64,000 nt of DNA from an uncultured Methanosarcinales archaeon (lineage in GTDB: Archaea; Nanobdellota; Nanobdellia; Woesearchaeales; ARS49), in the NCBI GenBank assembly GCA_964550175.1, contig CAZJXP010000001.1:424706-488705 (forward strand). The letters are read 5' to 3'. Below are positions 43,418-53,180 of this stretch, in pieces. A program made the position numbers and the translations under genes. How positions within the stretch are numbered: the stretch's first letter is position 1; every line of letters starts with the position of its first letter. The notes below the pieces were generated by a model, which worked only from the letters and a program-made list of their open reading frames with translations, searched no databases and was not told where the DNA came from.

Positions 43418-45694
43418 GTGACGGGAGAAGCGACCTGCGGAAGTTACGATATCCTCCGCGAAGGCGACGAAGTCATCCTCCGCATCGACTGCGAAGCCTG
43501 CACATTCTTTCCGAACATCGAAGACAACACGCGCACCATGGCGATGGTGACTGATTTGCTCGCGGAAGTCGGGCACGTCACCAAAATCGTGCTCGTGCAA
43601 AAACGCGACTACGAATACGACACGCCGCAAGTGCTGATTCTTGAGGAAATCGCGAATCTGTACAAGCAAATCAACCAGCACAAGATCGGCTACGGACTAT
43701 TGATCGACGCGGCAAGCCACCGATTCATCGATGCCTCATATGCCGAAGTCCAAGACACGCTCCACCGACTCCTGAAGAGCGACCCGCTCGGCGCGTACGT
43801 CGAGCTTATCCGAATCCTGCGACGCGAAGACATCCTCCTGAAAGACGGAACTCTGCCGCCCGAAGGAAAGCTCGCGGTCGGCAAGCTTGTGAAGTTTTTG
43901 CAGGATTTACTCACGGCGTTCGACCAAACCAAGCTCATCAAGCTCGCGAAAGCCTCCATCGCCGGATTCAAGCCCGGCGACCGCGACCCGTATCGAAAAA
44001 TCTTCAGCCCGAGCATCAAGCCCGACTTCATGTTCACAAAATTGCAAGCGAGTTATCCGCCCGATGCGGAAGAACTCACCAGTTACGAAGTGAACGGCAC
44101 TGAAGTCACCATTTTCAGTCTTCCTGGCAACGTCCAATACCTCTACCACATCGTCCCTCCCGAATTCAGGCTGAGCGAAGAACAGTACGAACTGCTTGAC
44201 GCGGCGAGAAAAATCATGGCGGAGCACAAACCAAAGCGCTCCGAATTCGTCGATCCGGAACGCATGCGCGAAGTCTTCACGGCGATTGGCACGGACCTTA
44301 TTGACGAGCTATCCAGTTACCGCGGAATGAAATTGCGCGACAAGGAACGCGACGAACTCGTACAAATTCTCGTCAGATACACGGTTGGATTTGGGTTAAT
44401 CGAAGTCTTGCTCGCGGACGAACGCGTCCAAGACATCAGCATCAACTCGCCGATGGGACGCATCCCTATGTTCATCGTCCACCAGGATTACGGGGACTGC
44501 ACGACAAACATCGTTGCCACCATTTCCGAAGCCGAAAGCTGGGCGTCAAAACTCAGACTCATCTCAGGCAGACCGTTGGATGAAGCAAACCCTATTCTTG
44601 ACACGGAACTTGTGTTGCCGACAAGCCGAGCGCGAGTCGCGGCCATCTCCGCTCCGCTGAACCCGACAAACCTCGCGTACAGCTTCCGTCGCCACCGAGA
44701 CAAGCCCTGGACGCTCGCGCTCTTCATCAGCAACGGCATGCTGTCACCATTAGCCGGCGGCGTGCTGAGCTTCATCATCGACGGAGCGAGAACCATGCTC
44801 GTCGCGGGAACACGAAGCTCAGGAAAAACGTCATTGCTCGGCGCAATGATGGTCGAAATCATGCGACGCATCCGAATCATCACCATCGAAGACACGCTCG
44901 AACTTCCAGTCACGGCATTGAAAAATATGAACTATAACATTCAAAGCATGAAAGTTGCCTCTGCGCTCACGCGCGGCTCGACCGAAGTCTCCGCCGACGA
45001 AGGGATCCGAACGACCTTGCGTTTAGGAGACTCCAGCTTAATCGTGGGAGAAGTGCGTAGCGTCGAAGCAAAGGCGCTCTACGAAGCCATGAGAGTCGGC
45101 GCGCTCGCGAACACCGTCGCAGGAACGATCCACGGCGACAGCCCGTACGGCGTGTTCGACCGCGTCGTCAACGACCTCGGCGTGCCGAGAACGAGCTTCA
45201 AAGCAACGGACATCATTGTTGTGGCGAACCCTGTGCGCAGCCCGGACGGACTGCACCGTTTCAGACGCGTGACGCAAATCACCGAAGTCCGAAAGCACTG
45301 GGAAAACGACCCGATGACGGAAGGCGGGTTTGTCGACCTGTTCAAGTATGACGCGATCACGGACACATTGCAGCCCACGAGCGACCTGCTCAACGGCGAC
45401 AGCGAAATCATCAAGTCCATCGCCGGCAGCGTCCGCGAATGGGCGGGAAACTGGGACGCGGTGTGGGACAACATTACGCTCCGAGCGCGCATCAAACAAG
45501 CCCTCGTCGACACGGCAAAGAAAATCAACCGCATGGACATCCTTGAAGCCCCGTTCATCATCGCGAGCAACGACCAATTCCATCTCATCTCAGAACAAAT
45601 ACGGGAACAGACCGGAAAGCTCGACAGCGAACAGATATTCTTCGCGTGGAACGACTGGTTCCAGAAAGCCCTCCGACAACATGAGGACGTCTAA
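43418..45694 (+). CDS. Type IV filament/secretion ATPase (FlaI/GspE/VirB11 family) with a long N-terminal extension
   Basis: GTG start with GAGG about 8 nt upstream. Walker A GTRSSGKTS, Asp box ITIEDTLEL, Walker B LIVGEVRSVEA. About 250 extra N-terminal residues. Confidence 0.85.
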   Translation: MTGEATCGSYDILREGDEVILRIDCEACTFFPNIEDNTRTMAMVTDLLAEVGHVTKIVLVQKRDYEYDTPQVLILEEIANLYKQINQHKIGYGLLIDAASHRFIDASYAEVQDTLHRLLKSDPLGAYVELIRILRREDILLKDGTLPPEGKLAVGKLVKFLQDLLTAFDQTKLIKLAKASIAGFKPGDRDPYRKIFSPSIKPDFMFTKLQASYPPDAEELTSYEVNGTEVTIFSLPGNVQYLYHIVPPEFRLSEEQYELLDAARKIMAEHKPKRSEFVDPERMREVFTAIGTDLIDELSSYRGMKLRDKERDELVQILVRYTVGFGLIEVLLADERVQDISINSPMGRIPMFIVHQDYGDCTTNIVATISEAESWASKLRLISGRPLDEANPILDTELVLPTSRARVAAISAPLNPTNLAYSFRRHRDKPWTLALFISNGMLSPLAGGVLSFIIDGARTMLVAGTRSSGKTSLLGAMMVEIMRRIRIITIEDTLELPVTALKNMNYNIQSMKVASALTRGSTEVSADEGIRTTLRLGDSSLIVGEVRSVEAKALYEAMRVGALANTVAGTIHGDSPYGVFDRVVNDLGVPRTSFKATDIIVVANPVRSPDGLHRFRRVTQITEVRKHWENDPMTEGGFVDLFKYDAITDTLQPTSDLLNGDSEIIKSIAGSVREWAGNWDAVWDNITLRARIKQALVDTAKKINRMDILEAPFIIASNDQFHLISEQIREQTGKLDSEQIFFAWNDWFQKALRQHEDV

Positions 45695-47823
45695 TGGAAC
45701 AAGACATCCTCAAGAAGTACCGTCAACGGCTTGAACAAGAACTGGGCGGAAACCCCGGCACGCGCGAAGTCCGGTCGGTCGAGTACCAGCAGTTCCGCAC
45801 CGAATCCATCCCGCAGCACGTCACGCTCTACGAACGCCTATGCAACGGGGCCGAACGGCTGCTGAAAGTGAAAGTGCCGCTGGCGAAAGCCGCCGTCATG
45901 CAGGAGCATCTCGCCGTGGCTCACCTCAATGTCACCCCGTCAGGCGTCATGGCACTCTCCTACACCCTGCCTCTTTTCATCCTCCTGTTTGGAGCGCTCA
46001 TCAGCACCATCATCTTCGGCTCGATGTTCTTCACGATGTTCTTCGTGTTCATCGGGTTCGGACTCATCATTGGGCTGCAAAAACTTCCGGAATACCTCTC
46101 AAACAGCTGGCGCCTCAAGGCAAGCAACCAGATGGTGCTCTGCGTCTTTTATGTTGTAACTTACATGCGTCACACCAGCAACCTCGAAAACGCGATAGGC
46201 TTCGCGGCCGAACATTTAGCTCCGCCATTATCCCTCGATCTCAAAAAAATATTGTGGGATGTCGAAACCGAAAAGTACGACACGGTGAAAGACAGCCTCG
46301 ACGCCTATCTTGACACATGGCGCAAGTGGAACAACGAATTCATCGAAGCGTTCCACCTCATTGAAGGCTCGCTTTTCGAAACGGCGGAAACGCGACGCGT
46401 CGAATTGCTGGACAAGGCGCTTGACGTCATCCTCCAGGAAACGTATGAAAAGATGTTGCATTACGCGCACAATCTCAAAAGCCCGATCACGACGCTGCAC
46501 ATGCTCGGAATCATCCTTCCTGTCCTCGGATTGGTCATCCTTCCCCTGGTTGTGAGCTTCATCGGAACGGCAAAATGGTACCACATCGCGATGCTCTACA
46601 ACGTCATCCTTCCCGTCATCGTCTATTATCTCGGCAGAAACATCCTTTCGACGCGACCGACGGGCTATGGCGACACCGATATTTCCGAAATAAGCCCGGG
46701 ACTGAAGAAGTACCGCAACATGCTGTTCAAAATCGGCGGAAAAGAAATCGCAATCAATCCGATGTTCATCTGCATCTTCATTGGGGCGGCATTCGCTGTT
46801 GTCGGGTTTATGCCGTTGATTCTGCATCAGGTCGCACCGAATTTCGAGTTCGAAATGTTCGGCATCAAACTCCTTGACTACCGGACGAGCAACAATCCGG
46901 AAACTCCTGGATTGATCCTCGGACCCTATGGCCTCTTTTCCAGCGTCATCTCGCTCGCATTTCCGTTGGGACTTGCGCTGACCATCGGACTCTACGCGCG
47001 AATGCGCAGCAAGAACATCATCAAAATTCGGGAGAACTCAAAAAAGCTCGAAGACGAATTCGCGAGCGCATTGTTCCAGCTCGGAAACCGACTGGCGGAC
47101 GGTATCCCTGCCGAGGCAGCGTTTGGCCGCGTGGCCGACATGATGCCCGACACGGTCAGCGGACAATTCTTCAATCTCGTCAGCACCAACATCCGCAAGC
47201 TCGGCATGGGGCTCCGCGAGGCGCTGTTCAACCCCCGAACAGGGGCTGTCGCAGCATACCCGAGCGCCATCATCGAAAGCTCGATGAAAGTGCTCATTGA
47301 AAGCATCCGAAAAGGACCCTTAATCGCGGCGAACGCGTTGACGAACGTCTCGAGATACATCAAGGAAATTCATGCCGTAAATGAACGACTGCGCGACCTC
47401 ATGGCAGAAATCATTTCCGACATGAAATCGCAAATCGCGTTTCTTACGCCTGCGATTTCCGGCATCGTCATCGGCATCACCAGCATGATTACGACGATTC
47501 TCGGGGCGTTGAGCACGCAAGTTACGAAATTGTCCGCCGAAGGCGCGGGTCGCGTCGGCACCATCGCGTCATTGTTCGGCGACTCTATCCCGACGTACTA
47601 TTTCCAGATTGTTGTCGGCATTTATGTCGTGCAGATCGTCACCATCCTTACGATCATCGCGAACAGCATTGAGAACGGAGCCGACAAGCTCGGCGAGCGC
47701 TATGCGGTCGGACAGAACGTCATCCGCAGCACAATCCTCTACTGCGCGATTTCACTTATCGTCATGATCATCTTCAACTCCATCGCGTTGAAAATCATGA
47801 GCGCGACATTGGCGGGAAAATGA
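45694..47823 (+). CDS. FlaJ/TadC/PilC-type polytopic platform protein
   Basis: 709 aa with alternating helical cytoplasmic blocks and TM clusters. TAATG overlap with the ATPase gene. Family assigned by position and topology. Confidence 0.7.
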   Translation: MEQDILKKYRQRLEQELGGNPGTREVRSVEYQQFRTESIPQHVTLYERLCNGAERLLKVKVPLAKAAVMQEHLAVAHLNVTPSGVMALSYTLPLFILLFGALISTIIFGSMFFTMFFVFIGFGLIIGLQKLPEYLSNSWRLKASNQMVLCVFYVVTYMRHTSNLENAIGFAAEHLAPPLSLDLKKILWDVETEKYDTVKDSLDAYLDTWRKWNNEFIEAFHLIEGSLFETAETRRVELLDKALDVILQETYEKMLHYAHNLKSPITTLHMLGIILPVLGLVILPLVVSFIGTAKWYHIAMLYNVILPVIVYYLGRNILSTRPTGYGDTDISEISPGLKKYRNMLFKIGGKEIAINPMFICIFIGAAFAVVGFMPLILHQVAPNFEFEMFGIKLLDYRTSNNPETPGLILGPYGLFSSVISLAFPLGLALTIGLYARMRSKNIIKIRENSKKLEDEFASALFQLGNRLADGIPAEAAFGRVADMMPDTVSGQFFNLVSTNIRKLGMGLREALFNPRTGAVAAYPSAIIESSMKVLIESIRKGPLIAANALTNVSRYIKEIHAVNERLRDLMAEIISDMKSQIAFLTPAISGIVIGITSMITTILGALSTQVTKLSAEGAGRVGTIASLFGDSIPTYYFQIVVGIYVVQIVTILTIIANSIENGADKLGERYAVGQNVIRSTILYCAISLIVMIIFNSIALKIMSATLAGK

Positions 47824-48107
47824 AAAAACCACTTATTTTTGCCGTCCTTTTTTCTCTATGTGCAAGCATTATTGCGTATATCGTGCAAATGCGGGCATCG
47901 GCAACCACAACATCCTGCAGCTATCTTGATCCCATCATCATTGATATCCTTGCTTTTTCTGCAGGAATTTTTCTTGTTGTTGAAGGGGTTCTCCGCATCA
48001 TTCAACAACCAAATGCGTCTTGGAACGTGCAGCTTGGCAGGGCCATCAGAATAGGATTTGGCTGCACCATCATAACCATTCACCTTCTGCAAGCGATACA
48101 CAAATAG
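47820..48107 (+). CDS. Small membrane protein (3 TM)
   Basis: 95 aa. ATGA overlap with the platform gene. Confidence 0.55.
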   Translation: MKKPLIFAVLFSLCASIIAYIVQMRASATTTSCSYLDPIIIDILAFSAGIFLVVEGVLRIIQQPNASWNVQLGRAIRIGFGCTIITIHLLQAIHK

Positions 48108-48108
48108 A

Positions 48109-48182
48109 TGAGGACGGCCGGATTTGAACCAGCGACACCACGCTCTTCAGGCGTGTGCTCTCCCAGGCTGAGCTACGCCCCC
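48109..48182 (-). tRNA. tRNA-Phe (anticodon GAA)
   Basis: Reverse complement gives acceptor GGGGGCG/CGTCCTC plus A. D arm GCTC...GAGC. Anticodon arm CACGC-CTGAAGA-GCGTG. T arm GCTGG-TTCAAAT-CCGGC. Confidence 0.9.
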
Positions 48183-48208
48183 AGGATGATTGATTTCTCG
48201 AGGGGGCA

Positions 48209-48215
48209 TTTAAAA
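48209..48215 (-). promoter_or_regulatory. TATA-like box for tRNA-Phe
   Basis: TTTAAAA lies 27-33 nt upstream of the tRNA 5' end at 48182. Confidence 0.3.
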
Positions 48216-48263
48216 CCCTTTTGGTTTTAACGAACCAAACCGGGCCGAAAACGCAGAAACTGC

Positions 48264-48533
48264 TCAATGCACGAAATGAACCCAATCTTCCGGGATACCT
48301 GTTTGCTTGAGTTCGCGACGGGCATCCAGCTCCGAGATGTCCTTGCGGAGATAGAGGTCGCGGCTACCGGTTGTCCAGGTCCAACCTTGCTTTTCGAGCT
48401 TCGCGACGGCGTCGGCGAGCAGATGCATCCTTTGCTTGAGGTCATCCCCAAGCTTTTTCAGGTTTGTGCTGTCCTTACCCAAGCCGAGCACTTCTTCGAC
48501 GTCCTCGAGCAAGTAAATGAACACATCAACCAT
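48264..48533 (-). CDS. Hypothetical small protein
   Basis: 89 aa. 1-nt start/stop overlap with the OB-fold gene upstream. Confidence 0.5.
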   Translation of the reverse strand: MVDVFIYLLEDVEEVLGLGKDSTNLKKLGDDLKQRMHLLADAVAKLEKQGWTWTTGSRDLYLRKDISELDARRELKQTGIPEDWVHFVH

Positions 48534-48916
48534 TACGCATCCTCTTCGTCGTCCCCTAATTCTTCATCGAGCTTGTCTTCATCATCCTCAATATCCTTAC
48601 TTGTGATGTTGATTGCCTTGTCGGGAGCCTTGCTAACCATCGTGAACGCGCCGAACTTGCCCGTGCTGAGCTGTAATGTGCCTTTGAACTCGTCCGCATA
48701 GCCGTTCGTGATGTGAATCTTGTCGCCGACATTCACCTGGTCTACTTGCTCGTTCCACAACGTGAACTTCACTTCGCCCGTGGAGTCCTTGAGCTTCGCG
48801 TCGCAGACCTTGCTCGATTTTCCGAACTTTTCAAACGAACGCGGGGCATCTTTCGAGACGACATCCGCAATAAGATCTATCTTTCCGAGTTTTGGCTTCA
48901 GGTCTTTGATGTTCAT
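48533..48916 (-). CDS. OB-fold single-stranded nucleic-acid-binding protein with an acidic tail (SSB/RPA-like)
   Basis: 127 aa. OB-fold pattern KVCDAKLKDSTGEVKFTLWNEQV...GDKIHITNGY and acidic C-terminus DIEDDEDKLDEELGDDEEDA. Confidence 0.7.
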   Translation of the reverse strand: MNIKDLKPKLGKIDLIADVVSKDAPRSFEKFGKSSKVCDAKLKDSTGEVKFTLWNEQVDQVNVGDKIHITNGYADEFKGTLQLSTGKFGAFTMVSKAPDKAINITSKDIEDDEDKLDEELGDDEEDA

Positions 48917-48953
48917 GAAAATAACGAGAACATACTTCTATTAATGCTTTATG

Positions 48954-50507
48954 CTACTTCACAGGTTCCTTGGACGGAACGTACGGAACGCCCGCTTTGT
49001 GGAATGCAAGCTCACCAGAAATGAGCTTGCGAAGAGTTTCCTTAAGATCAGTAATCTTGACACGAATCTGCTGCGTGCTGTCGCGGTCACGAACGGTGAC
49101 GTCATTGTTCTGCATCGAATCAAAGTCAATCGTCACACAATACGGCGTGCCGATCTCGTCCATTCGGGCATATCTGCGGCCGACACTGCCTGACTTGTCG
49201 TAAAACACGGGGAATTCGGTTCGTATCATGTTGAAGACTTCACGGGCCTTGGTCGCGATCTCTTCTCGATTGCTGAGCAACGGGAACACGGCGACATGAT
49301 GCGGCGCGAGCTTCGGATGAAGCTTCAGCACGACGTTTCCGCGCGCTTTGTCATCATGATATGCGCTGTACATGAACACGAGAAACGCGCGGTCAACCCC
49401 TTGCGAAGGCTCGGCCACGACATGCGGAATGATCTTCTGCTTCGTTTCTTCGTCGAAAATGCTCAAATCCTTGCCTGAGTGCTTCATGTGCTGTTTCAGA
49501 TCGTAATCCGTTCGGTTCGCCATGCCCTGCAGCTCCTTCCAACCGAACGGGAATTCGTACTCCAAATCCCACGTGTCAAGCGAATAATGTGACTTTTCAT
49601 CCGCGACGTGCTGCCTAATGCGGAACTTCTTTGGCTCGGCTCCGAGGGAAATGAACCACTGATGGGCCTTCGCGAGCCAGTACGCGTGCCAGACGGTCGA
49701 GATCGTTTTTTTATCGATGCATTCCTTAATGGACATCTCGTGAGCGGGCAACTTCTTGTTCTGCATTTCCGCGGAATAGACCAGCATCTTGTGCGACAGC
49801 ACTTCATCGAGATACGGGCAATCATTCGGCTTGTTAGGATGGATGAAATACTCAAGCTCCATCTGCTCAAATTCTCGGCAGCGGAACAAGAAGTTTCTCG
49901 GGGCGATTTCGTTGCGGAACGCCTTGCCGATTTGTGCAATGCCGAACGGCAGCTTGACTCTTCCGGTCTCGGTGATGTTCTTGAAATCGAGGAAAATGTT
50001 CTGCGCGGTCTCGGGACGCAAGTAGGCCGTCGCTTCCTTGCTCGGAATCGGACCGATGTAGGTCTGGAACATCATGTTGAACGCCTTTGCGTCAGAAAAT
50101 TCGCTCTTGCACTTCGGGCACTTGACCTTGTTCTCCTTGATAAGCGCCGTCAGCGCATCCGCCTTCAAGCCAGCCGTGTCAATGTGGAGTATTTCCTCGA
50201 TCAAATGATCCGCTCTTTGACGATCCTTGCACTTCGTGCACTCGACCACAAAATCATCGAAGTTTGCAAGATGCCCGGACGCTTCCCAGGTTTTCGGATG
50301 CGAAATGATCGTGCCGTCAATGCCGACCACATCCTCACGGTCGTGAACGAAAAACTTCCACCAGGAGCGCTTGATGTTGTTCTTGAGCTCGACGCCAGCC
50401 GGGCCGTAGTCGAAGAATCCCGCCAATCCGCCGTAGATTTCGCTGTTCGAGAACACAAGCCCCTTCCGCTTGCAGAACGTGGACATTTCCTCGATGGTGA
50501 TGGACAT
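48954..50507 (-). CDS. glyS: Glycyl-tRNA synthetase (alpha2 type)
   Basis: N-terminus FSNSEIYGGLAGFFDYGPAGVELKNNIKRSWW, motif 2 region QIGKAFRNEIAPRNFLFRCREFEQMELEYF, and a C-terminal anticodon-binding domain. Confidence 0.9.
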   Translation of the reverse strand: MSITIEEMSTFCKRKGLVFSNSEIYGGLAGFFDYGPAGVELKNNIKRSWWKFFVHDREDVVGIDGTIISHPKTWEASGHLANFDDFVVECTKCKDRQRADHLIEEILHIDTAGLKADALTALIKENKVKCPKCKSEFSDAKAFNMMFQTYIGPIPSKEATAYLRPETAQNIFLDFKNITETGRVKLPFGIAQIGKAFRNEIAPRNFLFRCREFEQMELEYFIHPNKPNDCPYLDEVLSHKMLVYSAEMQNKKLPAHEMSIKECIDKKTISTVWHAYWLAKAHQWFISLGAEPKKFRIRQHVADEKSHYSLDTWDLEYEFPFGWKELQGMANRTDYDLKQHMKHSGKDLSIFDEETKQKIIPHVVAEPSQGVDRAFLVFMYSAYHDDKARGNVVLKLHPKLAPHHVAVFPLLSNREEIATKAREVFNMIRTEFPVFYDKSGSVGRRYARMDEIGTPYCVTIDFDSMQNNDVTVRDRDSTQQIRVKITDLKETLRKLISGELAFHKAGVPYVPSKEPVK

Positions 50508-50580
50508 AGGACAACCACATCAAATCTGGTTTAAAAAGGTTTGCGGAACCCATTTAATAACGCCGTAGTTTGGGCAATTA

Positions 50581-50946
50581 ATGACGAAAAATATCGCAAC
50601 AGTGACGAACGAGGCCCTGCAGCAGCACGCGGACAAGGCGAGCGCCAAAATACGCGAAATGCAGCTCCATGGCGCGACGTTTCGAAAGTTGATTGAAGTT
50701 GTCGTGAAAGACGGAGCGGTCTACTCCTCGGGCACGCCGCCATCCCAACTACCCGGCTATTATGGGCGCGCGAATGAGCCCCTCAGCAATACGCCTGGCG
50801 ACAAGGTCGTCGGGTACGTCATCCAACTGCAGCAGCAGTCAATAACGCTCAGCCAAGGACTGCTTAAAAGAAACACGCAAGGACCGATACTCCTCACGAT
50901 CGGCGGCTGCGCAGTTTACTCCTTTCGCACCATCTCGCTAGAATGA
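50581..50946 (+). CDS. Hypothetical protein
   Basis: 121-aa ORF with ordinary composition and no recognisable motif. Its 3' end overlaps the convergent HAM1 gene by about 30 nt. Confidence 0.45.
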   Translation: MTKNIATVTNEALQQHADKASAKIREMQLHGATFRKLIEVVVKDGAVYSSGTPPSQLPGYYGRANEPLSNTPGDKVVGYVIQLQQQSITLSQGLLKRNTQGPILLTIGGCAVYSFRTISLE

Positions 50947-51512
50947 TAGTTCTGAAGCCAGTCCGCAAACTGACGCCCTGAAGATATGCCCGTCGATTTC
51001 CTCGCCTTGTATTCTTCCGGAGTCATTTCGGCGTGAGTCTTGGTGGATCCCTCTTGCACGAAAATCAAGCCGAGACGCGACCACAAGTGCGGTTGCATCA
51101 CGCCGCGCGGTTCGTTCGCAATCGTGCCATGCACCTGCCCAATGAAGTAGACTGACTGCTGGCCATCCGTGAATCCGAGGCACTCACGGAAATCGCAGGT
51201 GCGTTCACGGCCTTTGACGAGATCTAAAATGCCCGCGATATCGATCGTTTCCAGGGCAAAGTTCACAAAAGCACGCGGAAAGCCATTCCTCGAATGAATA
51301 TAGAATCCCGCATCCAGCACGACAACCGGCGCCTTAATTTGTTGATATGCGTAGGTGAGTTTTGCTTCGGCAATTTCGCGAACATCACTCGATCTGGGCT
51401 CAGGAATATCAAGCGCGTTCTGAACAACTTTGAATTTGGTGTCTTGCAGCGCACGTTCCAAAGAAATGAATTTCCCTTTGTTCGTTGTAGCATATGCGAT
51501 TTCCATGGTCAT
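50916..51512 (-). CDS. Non-canonical purine NTP pyrophosphatase (HAM1/RdgB family)
   Basis: The internal ATG at 51512 forms an ATGA overlap with the rfcL stop. ATTNKGKFISLE...IPEP...AEAKL...VVLDAGFYI pattern. Confidence 0.75.
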   Translation of the reverse strand: MTMEIAYATTNKGKFISLERALQDTKFKVVQNALDIPEPRSSDVREIAEAKLTYAYQQIKAPVVVLDAGFYIHSRNGFPRAFVNFALETIDIAGILDLVKGRERTCDFRECLGFTDGQQSVYFIGQVHGTIANEPRGVMQPHLWSRLGLIFVQEGSTKTHAEMTPEEYKARKSTGISSGRQFADWLQNYHSSEMVRKE

Positions 51513-52702
51513 TTCCCCAACCACTCGACCTCTTCCGGGTCGAGCTCTGCCTGTTCCGCAAGCGTTTTTGCCGCGGGCGTATTCTGTTTGAACAATACTT
51601 GAATGAATGGCAATTCTTTGATCATGCGCTTCATCGAGCTGTGCATCAACGGGGCGAGTTTCTCCGCTATCGCTTTGCGCTTCTGGTATTTCATGTTCGC
51701 CTGCCAAATCTTCAGCAACCGCATCGTCTGGGCGTAGCTGACAACGCCCGGATACTTCTGGTCCTTCGCAACGGCAACGCCCGCGCTGAGCAATGCGTTG
51801 ACGTACGTCAAGAAGTGCCAGTGCTGTCGTCTTCGAATTCGTCCGCGATAGACGTCCGCCTTTGCCAGCGCATCATACGCACGAGCGAGATCCTTGGGCT
51901 GTGTGTACTCCTTCGGGAGGTTTTCGTCCACCCAAAGAAATGCGCCGTCAAGATCCTCACCGACAGTGTCGAACGCCGCAATCGCGATGGCCGGATCCGA
52001 ATTCTTAAACACTTTCGTGAGCGCGTTGGTCATCGAGTCTTCCTTGTCACGGTCGCCCAGCACGGAAAGACTTTCTTTCGTGATTTGGTTGAACGACGCG
52101 ATGGTCTGCAAATCAGTAATCGCGGCTCGTAAGTCGCCACCGCACCGTCGCGCAAGCGTTTTCAGCACGCTTTCGTCATACGTTATCTTTTCTCGGTCGC
52201 ACATCGCTTTGAGAATCGCGGTTATCGCAAGATAGTCGTACGCCGGAAACTCAATCATCACGGACTTCGTACGGACGGAAGATAGTTTCGATTCCCACGG
52301 GTCATTTGCGGTGAGCACAATCGGGAACTTTGTGTCCGCTATCAACGACGCGATTGCTGTCGCGCCACCCCGGTCGTTGTTGCCCGCAAGCCCGTCAGCT
52401 TCGTCAACCAGAATGACCTTGCTCTTCGAGAACAGACTCATCTGCTGCGACGCGACCCCTAAACGACTCTGGATGCCGTCCGCATTGCGCACATCCGATG
52501 CATTCAGCTCAAGGATTTCCAGTCCAAGCTCCTCCGCAAGCGCGTACACGGCCGACGTTTTTCCTGTGCCTGAAGGACCGTACAAAAAGGCCGCCTTCTT
52601 CTTCTGCTTCTTGAACGTAGAAAGGAAGTCTCGCAACTGAACAAGCCCCGGCTGCAGAATATCCTTTGAAGCCACGCTCTTGGCCGTCCACTGAGTCCCC
52701 AT
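51509..52702 (-). CDS. rfcL: Replication factor C large subunit
   Basis: Walker A GPSGTGKTS, Walker B ILVDEADGL, and a C-terminal helical domain. 397 aa. Confidence 0.85.
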   Translation of the reverse strand: MGTQWTAKSVASKDILQPGLVQLRDFLSTFKKQKKKAAFLYGPSGTGKTSAVYALAEELGLEILELNASDVRNADGIQSRLGVASQQMSLFSKSKVILVDEADGLAGNNDRGGATAIASLIADTKFPIVLTANDPWESKLSSVRTKSVMIEFPAYDYLAITAILKAMCDREKITYDESVLKTLARRCGGDLRAAITDLQTIASFNQITKESLSVLGDRDKEDSMTNALTKVFKNSDPAIAIAAFDTVGEDLDGAFLWVDENLPKEYTQPKDLARAYDALAKADVYRGRIRRRQHWHFLTYVNALLSAGVAVAKDQKYPGVVSYAQTMRLLKIWQANMKYQKRKAIAEKLAPLMHSSMKRMIKELPFIQVLFKQNTPAAKTLAEQAELDPEEVEWLGK

Positions 52703-52787
52703 ACGTTTCCCTCATCGACCGCCCTATTTATGCTTTATTGGGCTCTAGGAGCAAACTTTTTAAACACGGCAACAGCCTCCTTTCCTT

Positions 52788-53180
52788 ATGAAAACCGTCG
52801 ATGTTGTGCTCAAACGCGTTGAAATCACGAATTTTGACGCACGGACCGGAAGCGTCGAGTTCCGGCTCATCATCAACGACGGCAAAGACAAGGCAATCCA
52901 GCGCAGCGAAGTGATCGACAGCGCGGAAGAACTGGCGCACGAGCTGTTCCAGGAGACGCGCAAGAAAGTCAAGGAACTCCACCGCAACGCGAGCCTTGAC
53001 GACGGCCCATTGGAAGGATTGACCATGGTGCGCATCCAGGGGGATGAAGAAGTCCTTATCGAACGACTGAGCAAATTCTTCGCAAGCGTGAAAGAGAAGA
53101 TGCGCAACGGCAAAATGAAGAAGCTGAGCTATTACGACATGGAGCGCCAAGTGAAAGGGCTCACGACGGACCTCACATGA
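52788..53180 (+). CDS. Hypothetical protein
   Basis: 130 aa. ATGA overlap with valS. Preferred over the antisense ORF 52728-53222, which has antisense-like composition. Confidence 0.55.
   Translation: MKTVDVVLKRVEITNFDARTGSVEFRLIINDGKDKAIQRSEVIDSAEELAHELFQETRKKVKELHRNASLDDGPLEGLTMVRIQGDEEVLIERLSKFFASVKEKMRNGKMKKLSYYDMERQVKGLTTDLT

Noticed and set aside
49608-50534. 308-aa ORF on the + strand
   Set aside because: It is antisense to glyS, whose identity is unambiguous. The composition (Arg/Leu/Asp-rich, no motif) indicates a shadow ORF. The same reasoning rejects 9632-10432 and 10472-11140 (antisense to cdc48), 15398-16033, 16799-17473, 52728-53222, 54149-54685 and 62404-63159.
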